DNA from: Patescibacteria group bacterium
GTDB lineage: Bacteria > Patescibacteriota > Microgenomatia > JAMCZE01
NCBI GenBank assembly: GCA_023485845.1
Contig: JAMCZE010000014.1
Coordinates: 1 to 63,991, forward strand
DNA: 63,991 bases
Reading direction: 5' to 3'
Part shown: piece by piece, positions 45,446 through 54,211 of the stretch
How positions within the stretch are numbered: position 1 is the first letter of the stretch
How the letters are laid out: each line of letters starts with the position of its first letter
Translations under genes and position numbers: made by a program
Notes under the pieces: generated by a model
The model's database searches: none
Told to the model about the DNA's origin: nothing
Seen by the model: the letters and a program-made list of their open reading frames with translations, nothing else

Positions 45446-45696
45446 AAATTGGCAAACATTTCATCAATGGAGCCATATCCGCGAAGTTTTCCGGCCTGGT
45501 ATTCTTTTAGGGCTTTTTCAGTTTCTTTTTCCAAACTTTCGCTCATTTTATAAGTAGGGATTTTCGAAGCCAGATTGTAAACCTCACGACTAACAAGAAA
45601 TTTGACAAATTTAGTCACGTCATAACCCAAAGCTTGTCCCTGGACAGCCAGAAGAGTGGTTTCCTGCGGTGTTAAAGTGATCTGGATCTTATTCAT
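45442..45696 (-). CDS. Cognate antitoxin (family not recognised)
   Basis: 84-aa ORF overlapping the toxin start by 4 nt. Confidence 0.55.
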   Translation of the reverse strand: MNKIQITLTPQETTLLAVQGQALGYDVTKFVKFLVSREVYNLASKIPTYKMSESLEKETEKALKEYQAGKLRGYGSIDEMFANL

Positions 45697-45697
45697 A

Positions 45698-45728
45698 AGT
45701 AGTTAGTTTATACTACCTTCTAACTACT
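45698..45728. promoter_or_regulatory. Inverted repeat (operator-like) upstream of the antitoxin gene
   Basis: AGTAGTTAG-n13-CTAACTACT. A second palindrome, CAGGGTC-a-GACCCTG, lies at 45743-45757. Confidence 0.4.
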
Positions 45729-45791
45729 TTGTCAAGACTTGTCAGGGTCAGACCCTGTCACTGCTAAACTATGTTACCAATTAGGAAATTA

Positions 45792-46007
45792 TTATCGGCT
45801 GTGGATTTCGAGAAGGGCGTCGGTAGTTGCTTGATCAATGCCTTGATTAAATCTTTCAACGTCCTCGGCCGTTAACGCGTGCCCGTCAAGATTAACGGTC
45901 CCGACTTGGATCGGAAAACCCAACTCTTGAAATGAATTGGCAAGAATCAATCGAGTCTTTATTACTGTTTCTTTTTCTTCGGCAGATAGTTCAGCAGGTT
46001 CCATCAA
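45792..46007 (-). CDS. Hypothetical small acidic protein (71 aa)
   Basis: ORF only. Confidence 0.35.
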   Translation of the reverse strand: MMEPAELSAEEKETVIKTRLILANSFQELGFPIQVGTVNLDGHALTAEDVERFNQGIDQATTDALLEIHSR

Positions 46008-46039
46008 TTGTTATTATAGCATTTTCCCGCAAATGTCGG

Positions 46040-46077
46040 TATAATCTTCCTGTGCCGAAAGACGGCACTCATTTTTT
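46040..46077 (+). promoter_or_regulatory. fusA leader: TATAAT box followed by a hairpin plus T-tract
   Basis: TATAAT at 46040-45. GTGCCG-aaaga-CGGCAC at 46052-68, then TCATTTTTT, 5 nt before the ATG. Confidence 0.4.
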
Positions 46078-46082
46078 GAAGC

Positions 46083-48185
46083 ATGGCTGATCAAAGTAAA
46101 ACAGACCGATCAAGAATCTATCCGCTGGAGCGGATTCGCAATATTGGCATTATTGCCCACATTGACGCGGGCAAAACCACCACGACGGAGCGGATTTTGT
46201 TCTACACTGGCAAAACCTACAAAATCGGGGACATTGACGAGGGAACCACCCAAATGGACTGGATGACCCAGGAGCGGGAGCGGGGTATCACCATCGTCTC
46301 TGCGGCCACCACCACTTTCTGGCGCGATGTTCGGATCAACATTATTGACACGCCCGGTCACGTTGATTTCACCGCCGAAGTGGAACGGTCGCTGCGGGTG
46401 CTGGACGGGGCGGTTACGGTTTTGGACGCCGAGGAAACGGTCCAGTCGCAAACGGAAACTGTCTGGCGCCAGGCGGACAAATATAAAGTGCCGCGGATTA
46501 TCTATGTTAATAAGATCGATAAACTGGGGGCCAATTTTTATAAGACTCTGGAAGCAATTCATGACCGGCTCGGGGTCAAACCGGCCGTGATGGTGCTGCC
46601 GGTCGGGGTGGAAAGCTCCTTCACCGGCGTTTACGATTTGCTCAAAGAACAGGCCTATATCTGGGGTGAAGATGAAACTGGCATTAAATTTAAAACCGTT
46701 AAGGAAATCCCGGCGGGTCTGGACCCGGAGCTGGTGAAAAAATATCGCCACGAACTTGTTGAACAAATCGCGGAAACCGATGAAGTTCTGCTAGAAAAAT
46801 ATCTTGACGGCAAAGAAATTTCGCCGGAAGAGTTGCAAAGCGCCCTGCGCCGGGCGGTGATTAATTATCAATTGGTCCCCACCTACACGGGAACTTCCCT
46901 GCGCAATAAAGGTGTCCAGCCGGTGTTGGACGCGGTGGTGGATTATCTGCCTTCGCCGTTGGATAAGCCGGCGGTGGAAGGGACTAACCCCAAAACCGGA
47001 GAAAAAGAAACCCGGGAAGCAAAAACCGACGCGCCCTTTACTGGTTTGGCCTTTAAGATTCAGCTGGATCCTCACGTGGGCAAACTCTATTATGTCCGAA
47101 TTTATTCCGGAACGCTAAAATCCGGCTCGTATGCGCTTAATGCCACAAAAAACGAACAAGAGCGCATTGGCCGGCTGCTTTTGATGCATGCCAATGACCG
47201 GGAAGAAATTGCCGAGGCTTATGCCGGAGAAATTGTTGCCGTGGTGGGGCTTAAAAGCACCCGCACCGGGGACACTATTTGTGATCCGGCCCACCCGTTG
47301 GTTTTAGAAGGAATCACTTTTCCGGAGCCGGTTATCTCCCTGGCGATTGAGCCGAAATCCAAATCCGACCAAGAAAAGTTGGGCTATGCCCTGGCCCGGG
47401 TGATGGAAGAGGATCCGACCATTCATGTTAAGTCAGACCGGGAAACCGGCCAGACGATTATTTCCGGGGTTGGAGAACTGCAGCTGGAAGTTTGGGTGCG
47501 GCGGATGAAGGACGAGATGAGCATGGATGCCAACGTTGGGGCGCCGCAGGTGGCCTATAAAGAAACCATTAAGCGGGATGCCACCGGCGAGGGCAAATAT
47601 ATTCGCCAGACCGGCGGCCGGGGGCAATATGGCCATGCCCTGCTGCGCGTTTCGCCCAAACCGCGAGGTGAGGGCTGGGAGTTTGTCAACGCCGTCAAAG
47701 GTGGTTCCATCCCGGCAGAGTTTATTCCCCCGGTGGAAAAAGGGGCCAAGGAGTGCGCCCAAAACGGGATTTTGGCCGGCTATCCTCTGACCGATCTGAC
47801 GGTCACGTTGTATGACGGCTCCTATCATGATGTTGACTCCTCGGATGTGGCTTTCCAAATTGCCGGGTCAATGGCCCTGCAGGATGCCTGCAAAAAAGCG
47901 GAACTGGTTCTTTTGGAGCCGATTATGAAGGTGGAAGTGACGACCCCGGAGGAATTTATGGGCGATGTCATCGGCGATCTCTCCGCCAAACGGGCGCAAA
48001 TTATGGGCACATCCAAACGGGGCAACGCGACAATTATTCTGGCGATGTGTCCCCTGGCGGAGCTCTCCGGTTACGCCACCAAGTTGCGCAGTATGTCCCA
48101 AGGCCGGGCCTCCTACTATATGGAACCATCCCACTATGAAGAAGTCCCCAAAAACATCCAAGAGCAAATCGTGGCGAAGAAATAA
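46083..48185 (+). CDS. fusA: Translation elongation factor G
   Basis: NIGIIAHIDAGKTTTTE, DTPGHVDF, 700 aa. Confidence 0.97.
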   Translation: MADQSKTDRSRIYPLERIRNIGIIAHIDAGKTTTTERILFYTGKTYKIGDIDEGTTQMDWMTQERERGITIVSAATTTFWRDVRINIIDTPGHVDFTAEVERSLRVLDGAVTVLDAEETVQSQTETVWRQADKYKVPRIIYVNKIDKLGANFYKTLEAIHDRLGVKPAVMVLPVGVESSFTGVYDLLKEQAYIWGEDETGIKFKTVKEIPAGLDPELVKKYRHELVEQIAETDEVLLEKYLDGKEISPEELQSALRRAVINYQLVPTYTGTSLRNKGVQPVLDAVVDYLPSPLDKPAVEGTNPKTGEKETREAKTDAPFTGLAFKIQLDPHVGKLYYVRIYSGTLKSGSYALNATKNEQERIGRLLLMHANDREEIAEAYAGEIVAVVGLKSTRTGDTICDPAHPLVLEGITFPEPVISLAIEPKSKSDQEKLGYALARVMEEDPTIHVKSDRETGQTIISGVGELQLEVWVRRMKDEMSMDANVGAPQVAYKETIKRDATGEGKYIRQTGGRGQYGHALLRVSPKPRGEGWEFVNAVKGGSIPAEFIPPVEKGAKECAQNGILAGYPLTDLTVTLYDGSYHDVDSSDVAFQIAGSMALQDACKKAELVLLEPIMKVEVTTPEEFMGDVIGDLSAKRAQIMGTSKRGNATIILAMCPLAELSGYATKLRSMSQGRASYYMEPSHYEEVPKNIQEQIVAKK

Positions 48186-48245
48186 AAATAACGTCCATTA
48201 GCTAATTTTAACTTTAAGCTCATAATTTCGTGATATAATATCCCC

Positions 48246-48467
48246 ATGACGAAAGTTAATGTTCCCACCAGCAAAATGGGGAAATTTGAAGGTAAATGGG
48301 TGGTTATTGATCCCAAAAAGAGTGCCATTATTGCCTACTCCGATAATTTGGATGAAATTTCCCCTCTTGTGACCCGACCGGCAAGTGATACCAGGCAGTC
48401 CGGAACCGTGCCATATTCATTTTTAGTCCCGAGGAAAAATGAAGGCCCCTATGTCTTATCGGAATGA
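48246..48467 (+). CDS. Small protein resembling DUF5678-type proteins
   Basis: The GKWVVIDPKKSAIIAYSDNLDEI core resembles that family (from memory). Overlaps the next gene by 4 nt. Confidence 0.45.
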   Translation: MTKVNVPTSKMGKFEGKWVVIDPKKSAIIAYSDNLDEISPLVTRPASDTRQSGTVPYSFLVPRKNEGPYVLSE

Positions 48468-48706
48468 TTTCCTTTCCTTATTATAAGAGTCTTCAGGACC
48501 AGTATTTCCCGGTTATTCCCATTACACTTTCTTCGGGTAAGACAGAGAAATTTGACACCACAGCCTTAATCGATTCGGGGGCAACTATTTCCGTTTTCAA
48601 GATTGACCTAGCCAAGCAGTTAAAAATTGACGTGGAAAAGGGGAAAGAGATATTTCTTGGCGGCGTTGGTGGCAGAATCAGAGGATATATTCATGAATTG
48701 ATTTAA
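48464..48706 (+). CDS. Retropepsin-like aspartic protease domain protein (short, 80 aa)
   Basis: ALIDSGATISVF contains the D-S-G-A active-site motif. Confidence 0.55.
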   Translation: MISFPYYKSLQDQYFPVIPITLSSGKTEKFDTTALIDSGATISVFKIDLAKQLKIDVEKGKEIFLGGVGGRIRGYIHELI

Positions 48707-48715
48707 TTTACCCTC

Positions 48716-48745
48716 TTGCATTGTATTTGGGTGATAGTGTATACT
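48716..48745 (+). promoter_or_regulatory. Putative tuf promoter
   Basis: TTGCAT, 18 nt, TATACT. A T7 tract follows at 48771-77. Confidence 0.35.
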
Positions 48746-48791
48746 CACTTCAGCCTTGACAAGAGGCGCGTTTTTTTGAGAAGATACCTTT

Positions 48792-49979
48792 ATGGCAGAT
48801 AGCGCAAAATTTATTCGCAATAAGCCCCACGTTAATATCGGGACGATGGGTCACGTGGACCACGGCAAAACCACATTAACCGCCGCGATCACCACGGTTT
48901 TGGCTAAAAAGGGTTTGGCGCAGGCTCGGGCCTATGACACTATTGACAGCGCTCCGGAAGAAAAAGCCCGCGGTGTCACAATTAACATTGCCCACGTTGA
49001 ATACGAAACGGAGAAACGACATTATGCCCACATCGACATGCCGGGCCATGCCGACTACATTAAAAACATGATCACCGGCGCGGCCCAGGTGGACGGTGCC
49101 ATTTTGGTGGTTTCCGCCGCCGATGGTCCGATGGCCCAAACCCGGGAGCACCTTCTTTTAGCCAAACAGGTGATGGTGCCGGCAATTGTGGTTTTCCTCA
49201 ACAAAGTGGACATGGTCCAGGACAAAGAGCTGTTGGACTTGGTGGAAGTGGAAGTCCGAGAACTGTTGACCAAATATGGTTTTGACGGGGACAAAGCCCC
49301 GGTCATCAAGGGCTCGGCCCTCAAAGCTCTTGAAGGAGATCCGGAAGAAGAAAAACACATTATGGAACTGATGGACGCGGTGGATTCCTACATTCCCACG
49401 CCCGTCCGCGATTTGGATAAGCCATTCTTGATGCCCATTGAGGACGTTTTCTCCATCAAAGGCCGCGGCACGGTGGTGACCGGCCGGATTGAGCGGGGAA
49501 AAGTTAAGGTTAATGAAGAAATGGAAATTATCGGGTTGCGCGACACGCAAAAAACCGTGGTCACCGGGGTGGAAATGTTTAGGAAGCAGTTGGATGAAGG
49601 CCAGGCCGGCGACAACGTCGGGCTGCTGCTTCGCGGCGTTGAAAAAGACCAGGTGGAACGCGGCCAGGTGATTGCCAAACCGGGATCGATTACCCCGCAC
49701 ACGGAATTTGAAGCGGAAGTTTACATTTTGTCTAAAGAAGAAGGCGGACGACACACTCCGTTCTTCACCGGCTATCGGCCGCAGTTCTATATCCGCACCA
49801 CCGATGTGACCGGCGAAGTGACGCTGCAGGAAGGTGTGGAAATGGTCATGCCGGGAGACAGTGCCAAGATGAAAGTCAAGTTGATTCAACCAGTGGCCTT
49901 GGAAGACGGCATGCGCTTTGCCATTCGCGAAGGCGGCCACACTGTCGGCGCCGGAGCCATCAGCAAAATTATTGCCTAG
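48792..49979 (+). CDS. tuf: Translation elongation factor Tu
   Basis: [25 protein letters not shown]. Confidence 0.98.
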   Translation: MADSAKFIRNKPHVNIGTMGHVDHGKTTLTAAITTVLAKKGLAQARAYDTIDSAPEEKARGVTINIAHVEYETEKRHYAHIDMPGHADYIKNMITGAAQVDGAILVVSAADGPMAQTREHLLLAKQVMVPAIVVFLNKVDMVQDKELLDLVEVEVRELLTKYGFDGDKAPVIKGSALKALEGDPEEEKHIMELMDAVDSYIPTPVRDLDKPFLMPIEDVFSIKGRGTVVTGRIERGKVKVNEEMEIIGLRDTQKTVVTGVEMFRKQLDEGQAGDNVGLLLRGVEKDQVERGQVIAKPGSITPHTEFEAEVYILSKEEGGRHTPFFTGYRPQFYIRTTDVTGEVTLQEGVEMVMPGDSAKMKVKLIQPVALEDGMRFAIREGGHTVGAGAISKIIA

Positions 49980-49993
49980 TTGCACTTTAAAAT

Positions 49994-50302
49994 ATGCCAA
50001 AAGGAAGAATTCGAGTTAGGCTTAAGGCCTACGACGGGCGGGTTTTGGACTCGACCTGTCAGATCATTTTAGACGCGGCCATCAGGACCGGCGCGTCTGT
50101 GGTCGGTCCTGTTCCTCTTCCCTCCGACCGCTCCCTGATCACCGTTAACCAATCCCCCTTCACCGATAAAAATTCCCAGGAACATTTTCAAATCAAAGTC
50201 CACAAACGTCTTATCGACATTATTGAACCTACCGACAAAACCATTGATAGTTTAATGCATCTCGAACTCCCGGCCGGTGTTGACATAGAAATTAAGATGT
50301 AA
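49994..50302 (+). CDS. rpsJ: 30S ribosomal protein S10
   Basis: RIRVRLKAYD...GPVPLP...FTDKNSQEHF. Confidence 0.95.
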   Translation: MPKGRIRVRLKAYDGRVLDSTCQIILDAAIRTGASVVGPVPLPSDRSLITVNQSPFTDKNSQEHFQIKVHKRLIDIIEPTDKTIDSLMHLELPAGVDIEIKM

Positions 50303-50304
50303 CT

Positions 50305-50487
50305 ATGGAGCAAGTTGACAAGGCAGCCATAGAGAGACAGGCGGCAATTATGGCCGCGAGGATATATCTGTCGGAAGTGGGTAGGATTGGTGAGAGAGCA
50401 AAAAGAAATGATTTGGTTGAAATGGGCCTAAAGATCCTCGAGGAGGAAGCAAAGGCCAAAGAAAAAGGTGGGTCTAACACCGCGTAA
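50305..50487 (+). CDS. Hypothetical 60-aa charged/helical protein between rpsJ and rplC
   Basis: The ATG lies 2 nt after the rpsJ stop. No motif recognised. Confidence 0.4.
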   Translation: MEQVDKAAIERQAAIMAARIYLSEVGRIGERAKRNDLVEMGLKILEEEAKAKEKGGSNTA

Positions 50488-50500
50488 CTTCCCTATCTGC

Positions 50501-50530
50501 TTGATTTTCAAGTCGTGTTTCTGTTATAAT
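50501..50530 (+). promoter_or_regulatory. Sigma70-like promoter inside the S10 operon
   Basis: TTGATT, 18 nt, TATAAT. Confidence 0.45.
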
Positions 50531-50541
50531 GCCTTTGCATG

Positions 50542-50568
50542 TTAGTTAGCCCTAAACTCACTAACTAA
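50542..50568 (+). ncRNA. Leader stem-loop upstream of rplC (function unknown)
   Basis: TTAGTTAG-n11-CTAACTAA, 8-bp perfect stem. Confidence 0.35.
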
Positions 50569-50595
50569 AGTAGTTGGATGTAGGGAGCAAGAGAG

Positions 50596-50617
50596 TCCCG
50601 CATCGGCGGGATTTTTT
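50596..50617 (+). terminator. Intrinsic-terminator-like hairpin plus T6 directly upstream of rplC
   Basis: TCCCGC-atcg-GCGGGA followed by TTTTTT. It ends 6 nt before the ATG at 50624. Confidence 0.6.
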
Positions 50618-50623
50618 AATGTC

Positions 50624-51196
50624 ATGAACACCTTTTACGGATTTAAAATGGGCCAATCACAGGACTTTGACAAGTCCAGGCGGCGCGTGCCGGTGAGCAC
50701 GATCAAAGTTGAGCCGCTGGCAGTGATCAATGCCCGGCAAGTGGCTTTTGGCCACAAAAAGCACCCCAATAAACCGCTCCAAGGAATGCTAAAAAATCTC
50801 TCCGAAAAGATTACTCCCAGATACATTAGAGAAATAAAGGAGATCGGGGACCAAAAAAAAATTATGGTGACGGACGTTTTTGCGGCCGGGGACAAGGTTA
50901 AAGTCACTGGCATTTCTAAGGGCAAAGGCTTCCAAGGTGTGGTCCATCGGCATCATTTTAAAGGCGGCCCGAAAACTCATGGCCAGTCGGACCGGCAGCG
51001 CCATCCCGGCTCCATCGGGCAGACAACTACTCCCGGTCGGGTCTACAAAGGCAAACGGATGGCCGGCCATATGGGTGCTGAGCGGGTGACCGTTAAAAAC
51101 CTGACGGTTTTTGCCGTTAAGCCGGAAGAAAATCTGCTTTTAATTCAAGGCCTGGTGCCCGGCGCAAAAAACACTTTATTAACAATTACCAAATGA
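50624..51196 (+). CDS. rplC: 50S ribosomal protein L3
   Basis: GKGFQGVVHRHHF.GGP.THG pattern. Confidence 0.93.
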   Translation: MNTFYGFKMGQSQDFDKSRRRVPVSTIKVEPLAVINARQVAFGHKKHPNKPLQGMLKNLSEKITPRYIREIKEIGDQKKIMVTDVFAAGDKVKVTGISKGKGFQGVVHRHHFKGGPKTHGQSDRQRHPGSIGQTTTPGRVYKGKRMAGHMGAERVTVKNLTVFAVKPEENLLLIQGLVPGAKNTLLTITK

Positions 51197-51780
51197 AAAT
51201 CTTAGAAAAACCGGTTTTGCCTAGAGAAATCTTTGCCGCTCCCGCTAAGCCGGCTTTGCTGGCTCAGGCGGTGCGCGTTTTTTTGGCTAATCAACGTCAG
51301 GGAACGCAAAGTGCTCTCACCCGGGCCGGTGTCAGCCGCACCCGGCACAAACTTTATAAGCAAAAAGGAACCGGCGGGGCCAGACATGGTGATCGCAAGG
51401 CCCCGATTTTTGTCGGTGGCGGCGTAGCCTTCGCTCCCAAACCCCGGGACTACTCGATGAGGCTCTCGGCGCCGATGAGAAAGGCTGCTCTTCACGGGGC
51501 GCTCACCCTAAAAGCTAAAAGCTCACAGCTGGTCGTGGTCTCCGGACTGGATAAGTTAACAGGAAAGACAAAAGAATTGGCAAAAACAGTGGAGAAAAAC
51601 ACCCTAATTGTGACGGACAAAATTCGGGAAAATGTCCACCGGGCGGGGCGAAACATTGCTGGGGTAACGGTTTTGCCGTTTAACCAATTAAACACCTATG
51701 AAGTTCTAAGGGCCAAAAAAATTATTCTGATGGAAGAGATTTTTGAAAAACCAAAGACACCAAAAAAGAAGACAAGATGA
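51193..51780 (+). CDS. rplD: 50S ribosomal protein L4
   Basis: KQKGTGGARHGDRKAPIFVGGGVAF. Confidence 0.93.
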   Translation: MKILEKPVLPREIFAAPAKPALLAQAVRVFLANQRQGTQSALTRAGVSRTRHKLYKQKGTGGARHGDRKAPIFVGGGVAFAPKPRDYSMRLSAPMRKAALHGALTLKAKSSQLVVVSGLDKLTGKTKELAKTVEKNTLIVTDKIRENVHRAGRNIAGVTVLPFNQLNTYEVLRAKKIILMEEIFEKPKTPKKKTR

Positions 51781-52079
51781 ACATTTTAATTAAGCCAGTG
51801 ATCACAGAAAAATCAATGCGCGACGCGGCGGCCGGTCGGTTCACTTTTGCGGCGGCAAAAGCGGCGAATAAAGCGCAGGTTGCGGCCGAGGTGGCAAAAA
51901 CTTTTGGTGTTAAAGTAGTTAATATTAAGACGATGATTATTAAGGGAAAAATTAAACACGCCGGCCGGGCGCGCAAAGAAATTCAAACCAGCGCCTGGAA
52001 AAAAGCGGTCGTGGAACTGGTCAAAGGCCAAAAAATCGATTTGTTTGATGTCACCGAAAAGGAGGCGCCCCATGCTTAA
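51777..52079 (+). CDS. rplW: 50S ribosomal protein L23
   Basis: IKPVITEKS...FTF...KA..K..V...FGVKV..I. Confidence 0.9.
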   Translation: MNILIKPVITEKSMRDAAAGRFTFAAAKAANKAQVAAEVAKTFGVKVVNIKTMIIKGKIKHAGRARKEIQTSAWKKAVVELVKGQKIDLFDVTEKEAPHA

Positions 52080-52890
52080 AAAACGCGGCGGATCATTAGC
52101 CACTAGGTTTATGACCGGTCTAAATTTCCGGACCACTCTCACCGGCGTGGCTCCGGAAAAATCACTGTTGCGGATTTTGCCAAAAACTACCGGTCGGGAT
52201 AGTTCCGGCCACATCTCTTCCCGGCATCAGGGTGGTCGCAACAAGCGATTTTATCGATTAATTGATTTTAAACGGGACAAGCTAGGGGTGGTTGGCCGGG
52301 TGGTGTCGGTGGAATATGACCCCAACCGGACAGTGAATATCTGTCTGGTCCATTATACGGACGGAGAAAAACGTTATATTCTCCATCCGGAAGGGCTAGT
52401 GGTTGGCGATACGGTGCTGGCGGGGCAGGAAGCGGAAGTGAAAACTGGCAACGCGCTGCCGATGGGAAAAATCCCCGTGGGCACGGCGGTTCACAATGTG
52501 GAGCTAACTGCCGGCCGGGGTGGGCAAATTGTCCGCGGCGCGGGCACATCGGCCACAATCTTGGCGAAAGAGGGCGATTATGTTAAAATTTCTCTTCCAT
52601 CGGGACAGTTTCGGCTGGTTAATCAGACAAATTTTGCCACCGTTGGGGTGCTGGATAACATTGAGTGGAAAAATGTCCATTTTGGCAAGGCGGGGCGCAA
52701 GCGGCATATGGGCATTCGGCCCAAAGTCCGGGGCACCGCCCAAAACCCGCGAACCCATCCGCACGGCGGTGGTGAAGGCCGCTCCGGCGAAGGACTAAAG
52801 CAGGCCAAGACGCCATGGGGCAAGCCGGCCCGAGGCAAAAAGACTCGCAAAAAAGTTAGATATAGCAATAAGTTTATTGTCCATGGCTAG
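52072..52890 (+). CDS. rplB: 50S ribosomal protein L2
   Basis: YDPNR...VHN.E...[14 protein letters not shown]. The ATG at 52072 overlaps the rplW stop. Confidence 0.95.
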   Translation: MLKKRGGSLATRFMTGLNFRTTLTGVAPEKSLLRILPKTTGRDSSGHISSRHQGGRNKRFYRLIDFKRDKLGVVGRVVSVEYDPNRTVNICLVHYTDGEKRYILHPEGLVVGDTVLAGQEAEVKTGNALPMGKIPVGTAVHNVELTAGRGGQIVRGAGTSATILAKEGDYVKISLPSGQFRLVNQTNFATVGVLDNIEWKNVHFGKAGRKRHMGIRPKVRGTAQNPRTHPHGGGEGRSGEGLKQAKTPWGKPARGKKTRKKVRYSNKFIVHG

Positions 52891-53167
52891 AAGCGCAAAA
52901 AAAGGACCCTATATTGACCAGAAACTTTTGGCCAAAGTGGTCGCGGCCAAAAACACCGGGGACCGGACACCGATTAAAACTTGGGCCCGGGCTTGTCAGA
53001 TTTCCCCGGAGTTTGTCGGAGCAACAATTGCCGTTCATAACGGTCGAGTTCATATTCCGGTTTTAATCACCGAAGCGATGGTGGGCCACCGGCTGGGGGA
53101 GTTCTCCCCGACCCGGACATTTCGCAGTCATGGCCGAATTGTAGCCCGGGTGCTTAGCAAAACTTAA
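52883..53167 (+). CDS. rpsS: 30S ribosomal protein S19
   Basis: [12 protein letters not shown]..., VHNGR.H.PV.I...MVGH.LGEF. Confidence 0.95.
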   Translation: MARSAKKGPYIDQKLLAKVVAAKNTGDRTPIKTWARACQISPEFVGATIAVHNGRVHIPVLITEAMVGHRLGEFSPTRTFRSHGRIVARVLSKT

Positions 53168-53170
53168 TTT

Positions 53171-53491
53171 ATGGAAACGATTGCCACTGCCAAAAACGTT
53201 CGTCTTAGCCCGCGCAAAGCACGGCAAGTGGCGGCGGCGGTGAAAAAGCTATCGGTGCCGGCAGCCCTGGACACGCTGTTGGTGACCAGCCGAAAAGGTG
53301 TTAAACCGATTGCTAAAGTTTTAAAATCGGCCATTGCCAATTCCAAACTAAAACCGGAAGAATTAAGGATCAAAAACATTCTGGTTGATGAAGGCATGAA
53401 GATGAAACGCCGGGACTTTAGCCATCGCCCGGGCAAAGAAGGGTTAATCCAAAAACGCGCCAGTCATATAACCGTCATACTAGAAAGTTAA
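53171..53491 (+). CDS. rplV: 50S ribosomal protein L22
   Basis: AKNVRLSPRKARQV, position between rpsS and rpsC. Confidence 0.9.
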   Translation: METIATAKNVRLSPRKARQVAAAVKKLSVPAALDTLLVTSRKGVKPIAKVLKSAIANSKLKPEELRIKNILVDEGMKMKRRDFSHRPGKEGLIQKRASHITVILES

Positions 53492-53590
53492 AAGTTAAAA
53501 GTTAAAATGCAAAATTGCAACTCAAAATTAATAATTAAAAATTTTAATTTTAATTTTTGAATTTTGATTTTTGAGTTTTGAATTAATTTT
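53487..53590. repeat. AT-rich period-7 A-tract array and its inverted complement filling the rplV-rpsC spacer
   Basis: GTTAAAA x3, TGCAAAA ... then TTTGAAT/TTTGATT/TTTGAGT units. The halves are imperfectly complementary. Confidence 0.8.
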
Positions 53591-54211
53591 ATGGGTAATA
53601 AGATTCATCCTATCGGTTTTCGGTTGGGTCCAATTTACACCTGGACATCCCGGTGGTTTGCTGTCCGGGGACGTTATAAAAATTTGCTAATTGAAGACGT
53701 CAAATTGCGCCGGGCGCTGCTTGCCAAACTTAAGCCGGCGGGGGTGGCGCGGGTGGAAATTGAGCGGTCGATTAACAAGGTGAGTCTCACCTTGTTTGTG
53801 GCTCGGCCGGGCGTGGTTATCGGCCGCGCGGGGTCCGGAACGGAAGATCTGAAAAAATATGTGGCCGGAATTTTGGGCGATGCCAAGGTGGACATTAAGG
53901 TGGAACAGGTCAAAGAACCCAACCTTGATGCTTATCTGGTGGCCGTTGGCATTGCAGACCAACTGGCCCGGCGGATGCCCAGCAAACGGGTGATGAAACA
54001 AACGGTGGAGCGAGTGATGGCCGCGGGGGCCAAAGGGGTGCGAGTTCGGCTTGGCGGCCGGATTAACGGGGCGGAAATTGCCCGGGTGGAACATTTGCAG
54101 CAAGGGGTTATTCCTTTAAGTTCGATTAAAGAAAAAATTGATTTTGCCGCCGTCCCGGCGCACACCCGGTCCGGTTATGTCGGTATTAAAGTTTGGATAT
54201 GCCAGCGCTAG
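53591..54211 (+). CDS. rpsC: 30S ribosomal protein S3
   Basis: MGNKIHPIGFRLG and a KH-domain pattern. Confidence 0.95.
   Translation: MGNKIHPIGFRLGPIYTWTSRWFAVRGRYKNLLIEDVKLRRALLAKLKPAGVARVEIERSINKVSLTLFVARPGVVIGRAGSGTEDLKKYVAGILGDAKVDIKVEQVKEPNLDAYLVAVGIADQLARRMPSKRVMKQTVERVMAAGAKGVRVRLGGRINGAEIARVEHLQQGVIPLSSIKEKIDFAAVPAHTRSGYVGIKVWICQR

Noticed and set aside
46110-50000. Antisense ORFs inside fusA and tuf (46110-46766, 47433-47858, 49158-50000).
   Set aside because: They are shadow ORFs of strongly codon-biased genes, and their translations lack any motif.
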